Virus record (IMG/VR): IMGVR_UViG_2737471840_000004 | Coordinates: 1 to 25,134 of that record | Length of the DNA: 25,134 bases | From: a virus | Taxonomy: Duplodnaviria > Heunggongvirae > Uroviricota > Caudoviricetes | Direction: 5' to 3' (one strand) | Notes under the pieces: model-generated | Told to the model about the DNA's origin: nothing | What the model saw: only the letters and a program-made list of their open reading frames with translations | The model's database searches: none | Program-made: the position numbers and the translations under genes | Part shown: positions 19,699 through 25,134 of the stretch, in pieces | Layout: each line of letters starts with the position of its first letter | Position numbering within the stretch: the stretch's first letter is position 1

Positions 19699-20600
19699 TG
19701 CTTAGCCTCTCCACCAAGGGCATTTACCAGAGCATCAACCAGGCACGAAATTTCACTGGTCAACAGGAAGAAATCTGCGTCCAGTCGCTGCGCTACATCT
19801 TCACTATCAATATCAGAGTTCTGATCAAGCAATTCATCCGCAAATTTGACGCTGGTAAGGCTGAAGTTATGGTCCAGTGTAAATTTAATGCGGTTCTGCC
19901 AGTCGAGTGCCAACTTAGTGACGAGCTTGCCAGCTTCCAGGTGTGTGGAAATTTCATCGCTTCCCAAATCCTGCTTTTTCACTCGGGCAATACCGCCATC
20001 CTCAAGCACTGCCTTAAGTTCTGCCGCATCCCCCATTTGAAATCCCTGTGGAGCACTACCATCACGTACCCAGTCGGTCAGCGTTAATTCAATGGGATTT
20101 TCAACACTCAGGGGAACAACAGGAAGAGAACCCAGAGACTTACGCATAAGCGCGAGCATATCCTCTGCCTGCCGCGCGCTGGCATTGATATAGATACGTT
20201 TAGTTGAACCGTCGTAGATCGCCTGGATAACAGAAAACTTTGAAAAAGCCCGTGGCAGAAGAGAATGCAGAACTTCGTCTTTCAGGGAGTCCTTCTCTGT
20301 TTTCTTCAGTTTACGCGCTTGTTCTTGCTCAAGTTTTTCAATTTTTTCTTGAATAGCTCGCTGGATAACCGGCGGGGGAAGAATTTTTGTTTCGCGCTTT
20401 GCTTCAACAAGGATAAAACCATTTCCATGCATAGCGATAACTTCGGAATTATCACCAAATGGAGATACAAAACCGAACTTGGCCATATCCTGACTACCGC
20501 ATGGCGTGAAAAGGATCATTTTCTTTTTATCTTCTAAGTCGGTCAGATCCGCCTCACGAGAAAGTTTATAAATAGTAATGTTTTTCCAGTGCTTAAACAT
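19695..20600 (-). CDS. rdgC: recombination-associated protein RdgC
   Basis: Collinear with RdgC as I recall it ([63 protein letters not shown]). True start taken as internal ATG 20598-20600; the track start at 20714 adds a non-conserved extension. Confidence 0.85.
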   Translation of the reverse strand: MFKHWKNITIYKLSREADLTDLEDKKKMILFTPCGSQDMAKFGFVSPFGDNSEVIAMHGNGFILVEAKRETKILPPPVIQRAIQEKIEKLEQEQARKLKKTEKDSLKDEVLHSLLPRAFSKFSVIQAIYDGSTKRIYINASARQAEDMLALMRKSLGSLPVVPLSVENPIELTLTDWVRDGSAPQGFQMGDAAELKAVLEDGGIARVKKQDLGSDEISTHLEAGKLVTKLALDWQNRIKFTLDHNFSLTSVKFADELLDQNSDIDSEDVAQRLDADFFLLTSEISCLVDALVNALGGEAKQ

Positions 20601-20877
20601 GTTGTAACCCTTGAATATCAACCACAGAAAGCTCGTCTTTGTAGAAAAAGGCCAGGTTGTGGCACCCCCTCGTTTGAGCGTATGAGCTGGGACCAATTTC
20701 GTTCTTCCAGACAAATGGCTTCAAATCCGTACGGCGAAGCATAAAAACGCGATTTGTTCCGCTCTGATTCCCAATGAGGCAAAAGCCTTCTTTCACCTTG
20801 ATAGCCTGCAAGTTGTCGAGTTCACCGCTGGTTACACGGCTATCGAACTCTTTGCGGCTTATTAGCTCCATCTGCAT
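20593..20877 (-). CDS. hypothetical protein (95 aa from ATG 20877)
   Basis: ORF in track from a TTG at 20949; ATG 20877 with GGAG 7 nt upstream preferred; overlaps the rdgC start by 8 nt. No motif recognised. Confidence 0.45.
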   Translation of the reverse strand: MQMELISRKEFDSRVTSGELDNLQAIKVKEGFCLIGNQSGTNRVFMLRRTDLKPFVWKNEIGPSSYAQTRGCHNLAFFYKDELSVVDIQGLQHV

Positions 20878-20935
20878 CTGACGACTCCAAACAAATGCCC
20901 ATTGAAGGGCGATGGCTGAATGGTACCGAAAATAC

Positions 20936-20966
20936 GACATAAAAAACAATATTTATTAGAGCAATT
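20936..20966 (-). promoter_or_regulatory. putative leftward promoter with ATTGCTCTAATAA motif
   Basis: Minus strand TTGCTC, 17 nt, TATGTC; near-identical over 20 bp to the 1602-1621 copy; heads the ORFan-rdgC-MTase operon. Confidence 0.4.
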
Positions 20967-21046
20967 TTGCAATAGTTGAACTCCATGTAGACCACAAACA
21001 ACCTGAGTTAAAATAACGAAAATCAGAGCAAATAATTGGTGATGAC

Positions 21047-21331
21047 GTGGCAAGTATTGCAACAAAAGACAGCATTTGTTCGGGGCACGGAGGATTCCCA
21101 TCCAGGCCTCCTGTAGAGAGTGAACCACTACTTAAAGTCAACGGAGTCGAAGTGTTAGTTGATGGTAAGCAATATGCACAGCATACCGATGGAAACAGTA
21201 CGCACGGTGGGCAAGCTATATCAACCAGGGCATGGTTTACCGTCAATGGTAAAGGGATCGTATGCGTTGGTGACCCTGTTTCATGCGGATCTACCGTAGC
21301 GTCCGGAGACGGCCTGGTTCAGGTAAGTTAG
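21047..21331 (+). CDS. PAAR-like / gp5.4-like spike-tip protein
   Basis: 94-aa ORF from GTG; CSGHGG, a second HGG, and VCVGDPVSCGSTVASGDGLVQV resemble PAAR-repeat cone proteins. Weak SD. Confidence 0.6.
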   Translation: MASIATKDSICSGHGGFPSRPPVESEPLLKVNGVEVLVDGKQYAQHTDGNSTHGGQAISTRAWFTVNGKGIVCVGDPVSCGSTVASGDGLVQVS

Positions 21332-21339
21332 GAGATATC

Positions 21340-22128
21340 ATGCTGGAAAAAGACTACCAGTTATCCGCATATAAAAAATTGGCCGCCGCCGGTGGGATGA
21401 AAACACTTGGTGCCATAACATCGGCACGAAACAGTGCTAACACAGCAAAACTGCTTGCAGAAGAATTGACCGGATTAATTCTGGATACAATTGTCTATCC
21501 CGACACTATTACCAGCTATGTTTCAACGATCAGAACAACCACAACCGGCTTAACGAACATTGGAGAACTGGCAACTAAGCACGCGGACCTGTTGGCTGGT
21601 TATGCAGATCTGTCAATGCTGCTTCAACTCGATATTGGTTGGGATGTTTACTGCCGTGCTAATGAGCGAGAAGTTTCAGAACTGCCGATCTCTATTGCCA
21701 TTGGTGATGTGAATATTACTAAATCGCTTGAGGACGCTGTTAACGCGCTTAATACATCAAGTTTAGTCGCTGCAATGGGGGAGATTAACCAGACCCTTAA
21801 CACTGGCTCAGGAAGCTCGCCAGGCTCTGGTTCAGGCGGCGGCACTGCCACTCCCCCACCAGCACTAACAGAAGAGCAAATTGAATCTCTGAAAGTAGCA
21901 ACTGAACAGTTTGGGGTTGTTTTCAACCAGACAACAGCGCCCACAACTGCGTTACAACAGCAGTATGAACGAGCGAATGAAAGCGCCAATGTAGCCATAA
22001 CTGCTTATAACCATGCTATCGGTACTGCGCTTGCGGAAGCATCAGCAAATAAGGCCAGCACAGCCAGCGCAGTTGCTGCTTTGGTTCCTGATTCTGTTCT
22101 TGATGAATTAAACAAAGCGGCACAGTAA
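21340..22128 (+). CDS. hypothetical protein with internal Gly/Ser/Pro linker
   Basis: Start set at ATG 21340 (AGGAG 7 nt upstream, 8 nt after the PAAR stop); track start 21283 overlaps the PAAR gene. Low-complexity GSGSSPGSGSGGGTATPPPA between two Ala/Thr-rich halves. Confidence 0.6.
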   Translation: MLEKDYQLSAYKKLAAAGGMKTLGAITSARNSANTAKLLAEELTGLILDTIVYPDTITSYVSTIRTTTTGLTNIGELATKHADLLAGYADLSMLLQLDIGWDVYCRANEREVSELPISIAIGDVNITKSLEDAVNALNTSSLVAAMGEINQTLNTGSGSSPGSGSGGGTATPPPALTEEQIESLKVATEQFGVVFNQTTAPTTALQQQYERANESANVAITAYNHAIGTALAEASANKASTASAVAALVPDSVLDELNKAAQ

Positions 22129-22167
22129 CAAAGGACTTCATTGATAATTTTTCTTCAGGAGGAAGAC

Positions 22168-22590
22168 ATGTCATTCTTTTCTACGTTAAAAACAGCTTTG
22201 TCTTTGAAGGAGAAACTTGCTGCTACTGGTGTTCTTGTTCTGATTTGCGCACTTGTTGGTGCCGGGTTTGCATGGGAACGTCATCAGCTAAAGCAAGCCT
22301 TGGATAAAATTGGCAGTCTTGATCAGGCTGTTAAGGAACGTGATAAGTCAATAATGGATCTTAACCAGACCATTGAGACGATGAACAAAGCAGAGCAACA
22401 TTTTCACAGCCAGGAAGTGAAAAATGAATCAGAACAAGCCAAATATGCTGACAGGCAAATGGAACGAAAAGCTGAAGTTCAGAAACAACTGGTTGCGGCG
22501 GGTAATGTTCGCCAGCGTATTCCTGCTGACACTCAGCGGTTGCTCCGGGAGTCGATCAGCGAATTTAACGCCGACGCCGACAAAGGTTAA
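22168..22590 (+). CDS. i-spanin (Rz-like)
   Basis: ATG 22168 with GGAGG upstream; one N-terminal transmembrane segment (AATGVLVLICALVGAGFAW) then a charged coiled-coil; the o-spanin is embedded in the +1 frame. Confidence 0.7.
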   Translation: MSFFSTLKTALSLKEKLAATGVLVLICALVGAGFAWERHQLKQALDKIGSLDQAVKERDKSIMDLNQTIETMNKAEQHFHSQEVKNESEQAKYADRQMERKAEVQKQLVAAGNVRQRIPADTQRLLRESISEFNADADKG

Positions 22591-22756
22591 CCACCCTGAC
22601 CCAAAAAGTGCATTCATGTGCAGGATGCCAGAGTTTAGCAGTGAATATTTTGATGATCTGCCAGCGTATATCCTCGATACAGAAACGATGCTGATGGGGA
22701 TTAACAGGAAGAATCGCAACGTTAATGATTACAACCGAGCTATTAGCGGTAACTAA
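22424..22756 (+). CDS. o-spanin (Rz1-like lipoprotein), overlapping the i-spanin gene
   Basis: Signal peptide with lipobox LLTLSGC, Pro-rich TPTPT after the Cys; starts inside the Rz-like gene in another frame and extends 166 nt past it; AGGAAG upstream of ATG 22424; internal starts possible. Confidence 0.6.
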   Translation: MNQNKPNMLTGKWNEKLKFRNNWLRRVMFASVFLLTLSGCSGSRSANLTPTPTKVNHPDPKSAFMCRMPEFSSEYFDDLPAYILDTETMLMGINRKNRNVNDYNRAISGN

Positions 22757-22767
22757 AAGGGATTTTT

Positions 22768-23148
22768 ATGTCTGATAAAGTAACAGTAAAGCAAACTATC
22801 AACAAAGCGACTTCAATCTACAAAATTGAGCAAATCACTGTTGGCAAGCCAGGATCTGAACAATACCGTCGTGCTTTCGAGCTTGCCGATCAGCTTGGTT
22901 TAAAACACCCGGATTGCATTGAGCATGTATTTCCGACCTATGCTGATGAGCAATGTACTCATGTTCTTACCGAAGAGGATTTTTTCAGCACTGAAGAACG
23001 AGAAGGCGTTGATCGCTGTATTGGTGTGATTTGCTCTTCAGTGAGTTATGAGTTATTCCCTAATGTCCATGAAGATGGTGGTATTGGATACCAATTCCTG
23101 TACGAAGGCGATGAGCTTAAATGTTATCAAGCATCGCCGGAATTTTAG
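22768..23148 (+). CDS. hypothetical protein
   Basis: 126-aa ORF with AGGGA 6 nt upstream; acidic, several Cys; last rightward gene before the apparent chromosomal junction. Confidence 0.5.
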   Translation: MSDKVTVKQTINKATSIYKIEQITVGKPGSEQYRRAFELADQLGLKHPDCIEHVFPTYADEQCTHVLTEEDFFSTEEREGVDRCIGVICSSVSYELFPNVHEDGGIGYQFLYEGDELKCYQASPEF

Positions 23149-23209
23149 GCTTGAAATTGATCATCGCATTCTCCATTCGTTTTGAGTTACAAGAACCCAA
23201 TGCTGGAGG

Positions 23210-23635
23210 TTACGGGAGGGAGTGCATAAACATGGGCTGTGGAAGTGCCCTTTTTGAGCAAATAAGGAAATCCTGAATTGTGTGGGAGAGTGTGTTCAGC
23301 GTGGTGTGCTTGGTCAAGACCGAATGGGCTACGGATTGAGAGGGCACGATGGGTGCATGCTGTCTGTCTGCTGATTGCAGTAAAATTAGTGGGATGACGC
23401 CACAACTCATAAAAAAAGGTTTAATTGGCGGACTGGAGTGCGTCTCGCTAATAAAACTGTATAAATCCGCGATCACCAGATGCGGTTTCCATTGCAAAAT
23501 ATGCTCTTTTGCTAACAGGAGATTATTGATTCCTGATACCAGAAATGAGGAGCTGAACCTGCCAGAATGATTAAGCAAGGCCTCTATCCCTGTGCGGGTA
23601 AAGTGGCACCGGTCAATCACTAAAATTTTAAGCAT
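23210..23635 (-). CDS. RcsA/LuxR-family N-terminal-like domain protein without HTH (possibly truncated)
   Basis: 141-aa ORF; N-terminus LKILVIDRCHFTRTGIEALL resembles the RcsA-type pseudo-receiver start; no C-terminal LuxR helix-turn-helix and no room for one before the next gene. Confidence 0.4.
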   Translation of the reverse strand: MLKILVIDRCHFTRTGIEALLNHSGRFSSSFLVSGINNLLLAKEHILQWKPHLVIADLYSFISETHSSPPIKPFFMSCGVIPLILLQSADRQHAPIVPSQSVAHSVLTKHTTLNTLSHTIQDFLICSKRALPQPMFMHSLP

Positions 23636-23830
23636 AAACGTTTCGCATTCAGAAGAGGGGCAATCGACTTTCTGGTTTCAGAAAGCCCTTCATCATAGAG
23701 AACTCCGATGAGTGCCAAATGCGGGAACTACGCCGCTAATTATGCTTAATTCTTGCTTTTAGCAGGCGGTGAATAAAAAGGTTGAAATTCATTTTCTTCC
23801 GGGCAAAAATGCCATTTCACACATTAGCTT

Positions 23831-23874
23831 TGCAGGACGACCTGCAAACGCTTCTTTCACCGGGGACGGCCCCA
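23831..23874 (+). promoter_or_regulatory. guanidine-II riboswitch (mini-ykkC) upstream of sugE/gdx
   Basis: Two hairpins with ACGR tetraloops: tgcagg-ACGA-cctgca (23831-23846) and gggg-ACGG-cccc (23862-23873), 15-nt linker, then GGAG and ATG at 23892. Confidence 0.6.
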
Positions 23875-23891
23875 TTGTTCTGGAGCCTGAT

Positions 23892-23938
23892 ATGTCCTGG
23901 ATCGTTTTATTAATTGCAGGTTTGCTCGAAGTTGTCTG
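23892..23938 (+). pseudogene. sugE: sugE/gdx 5' fragment, interrupted by IS insertion
   Basis: MSWIVLLIAGLLEVV matches the SugE/Gdx N-terminus; the frame then runs into the IS end GTAAGCG at 23938 where the conserved Trp codon would be. Confidence 0.7.
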
Positions 23939-25134
23939 TAAGCGTCAACGGAGCACCGTATTGACGCTTATTTATTGGTGAGTACTACGTTCCATGGCAG
24001 GAGTTCGTCAACTCGGTTGGAAGGCCATTCCGGCAGTACGCTCAGGATATGGCGCATATACGCTTCCGGATCGATACCGTTCAGACGGCAGGTGCCGATC
24101 AGCCCGTACAACAGTGCTCCACGCTCGCCGCCGTGATCGCTGCCAAAGAACATAAAGTTTTTCTTTCCGAGACAGACTGCACGAAGCGCTCTTTCCGCAG
24201 CATTATTATCCGCCTCCGCCAGACCGTCATCACTGTAATAACAGAGGGCATCCCACTGATTCAGTACATAGCTGAACGCTTCGCCCAGTCTGGATTTTTT
24301 CGACAGCGTACCATTCTTCTCCACCATCCATTCATGCAGCGACGTCAGTAACACTTTGCTTCGCTGCTGCCTGACGGCAAGACGCTCTGACTCCGGTAAT
24401 CCCCGTATTTCATCCTCGATGGCGTACAGTTCACTGATTCGCTTCAGGGCTTCTTCTGCCGTCGCACTTTTGCTGCTGATGTATACATCGTGGATTTTTC
24501 GCCGGGCATGGGCCCAGCACGCAACTTCTGTCAGTGCACCACCTTCACGTTCTGCACTGAACAACCTGTCGTAACCTGTGAACGCATCCGCCTGCAGGAT
24601 ACCCCGGAAGGGGCGGAGGTGTTGCTCCGGGTGTTTCCCCTGCCGGTTCGGCGAGTACGCGAACCAGACCGCTGGAGGAGATGACGAACCCACATTGCGA
24701 TCATCCCGGACATACGTCCAGATACGCCCTGTTTTCGCCTTTTTCTGACCCGGTGCCAGTACCTTTACCGGTGTGTCATCAGTGTGAACCTTGCGGGTGT
24801 TCATTACATAACGGTACAGGGCATCATTCACCGGTGTCATTAACTGGCAGCACGCGTCAACCCAGTTGGAGAGTAAGGCCCGGCTCAGTTCGACACCCTG
24901 GCGGGCAAAGATTTCACTCTGACGATACAGTGGCAGATGTTCGCAGTATTTTCCCGTTAACACGCGGGCAAGTAATCCGGGGCCCGCGATACCACGCTCT
25001 ATCGGGCGGGACGGCGCCGGTGCTTCAACAATACAGTCACATTTTGTACAGGCTTTTTTTACCCGTTCTGTGCGGATCACTTTCAGGGCACTGCTCACCA
25101 GTTCCAGCTGTTCAGCGCTGACTTCCCCCAGATA
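23938..25134. mobile_element. IS66-family insertion sequence, right end only (continues beyond right edge)
   Basis: Terminus begins GTAAGCGTCAACGG (IS66-family ends begin GTAA); contains a minus-strand IS66 transposase ORF whose stop lies 30 bp inside the end. Confidence 0.8.
23968..25134 (-). CDS. IS66-family transposase (TnpC), C-terminal portion
   Basis: Contains CWAHARRK and DDTPVKVLAPGQKKAKTGRIW; the frame stays open upstream of the track start (a GTG at 25098) to the window edge, so the N-terminus is outside the window. Confidence 0.9.
   Translation of the reverse strand, partial: YLGEVSAEQLELVSSALKVIRTERVKKACTKCDCIVEAPAPSRPIERGIAGPGLLARVLTGKYCEHLPLYRQSEIFARQGVELSRALLSNWVDACCQLMTPVNDALYRYVMNTRKVHTDDTPVKVLAPGQKKAKTGRIWTYVRDDRNVGSSSPPAVWFAYSPNRQGKHPEQHLRPFRGILQADAFTGYDRLFSAEREGGALTEVACWAHARRKIHDVYISSKSATAEEALKRISELYAIEDEIRGLPESERLAVRQQRSKVLLTSLHEWMVEKNGTLSKKSRLGEAFSYVLNQWDALCYYSDDGLAEADNNAAERALRAVCLGKKNFMFFGSDHGGERGALLYGLIGTCRLNGIDPEAYMRHILSVLPEWPSNRVDELLPWNVVLTNK

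Noticed and set aside
19458-20087. 209-aa plus-strand ORF 19458..20087 (and 19558..19824, 19846..20040)
   Set aside because: Antisense to the well-conserved rdgC gene and the MTase start; no homology features; shadow ORF.
20956-21246. Minus-strand ORFs 20956..21246 and 20862..21128
   Set aside because: They overlap the PAAR-like gene on the opposite strand and a promoter region; Cys/Ser/Thr-rich low-complexity translations. The first ends in the conserved motif only because that motif lies there.
23149-23830. Search for an attachment site or integrase marking the element boundary
   Set aside because: No integrase, tRNA or tmRNA target, or recognisable direct repeat in the window; the boundary cannot be placed without the other end of the element.

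Overview
This 25.1-kb window looks like the right-hand ~23 kb of a phage-derived element (prophage-like) abutting chromosomal DNA. All protein-family calls come from reading motifs in the supplied translations by eye; no homology search, HMM, RNA folding or composition calculation was run. Layout: (1) a leftward, tightly coupled early-like operon (7313 down to 1, continuing off the left edge) encoding a TraR/DksA zinc finger, a VRR-NUC nuclease, two paralogous Rossmann-like proteins with a VGSGPS motif, a lambda-type Ser/Thr phosphatase, a DxD glycosyltransferase-like protein, a HAD phosphatase, an ASCH-like protein and several ORFans; (2) a divergent rightward cassette (7460-12211) with a LysM/tail-protein-X-like protein, a SWIM zinc-finger protein, an acidic protein, two ORFans and a gpV/gp5-like spike, closed by a bidirectional terminator; (3) a leftward replication/tRNA block (20966 down to 12257) with an ORFan, RdgC, a fused C5-cytosine plus N6-adenine methyltransferase, three tRNAs (Asn-GUU, Thr-UGU, CAU) among decayed hairpin repeats, a TerB-like protein, two mini membrane proteins, DnaB helicase and a GT-B glycosyltransferase; (4) a rightward block (21047-23148) with a PAAR-like spike tip, an ORFan and an Rz/Rz1-type spanin pair; (5) chromosomal sugE/gdx behind a guanidine-II riboswitch, cut after codon 15 by an IS66-family element that runs off the right edge. 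A 13-bp motif ATTGCTCTAATAA recurs at six operon heads. The two best candidates for something undescribed are the hub/spike cassette that lacks sheath, tube and tape-measure genes in the window, and the early-operon enzyme set (two DUF115-like paralogs, two phosphatases, glycosyltransferase-like proteins) that could form a modification pathway. Both are inference only.
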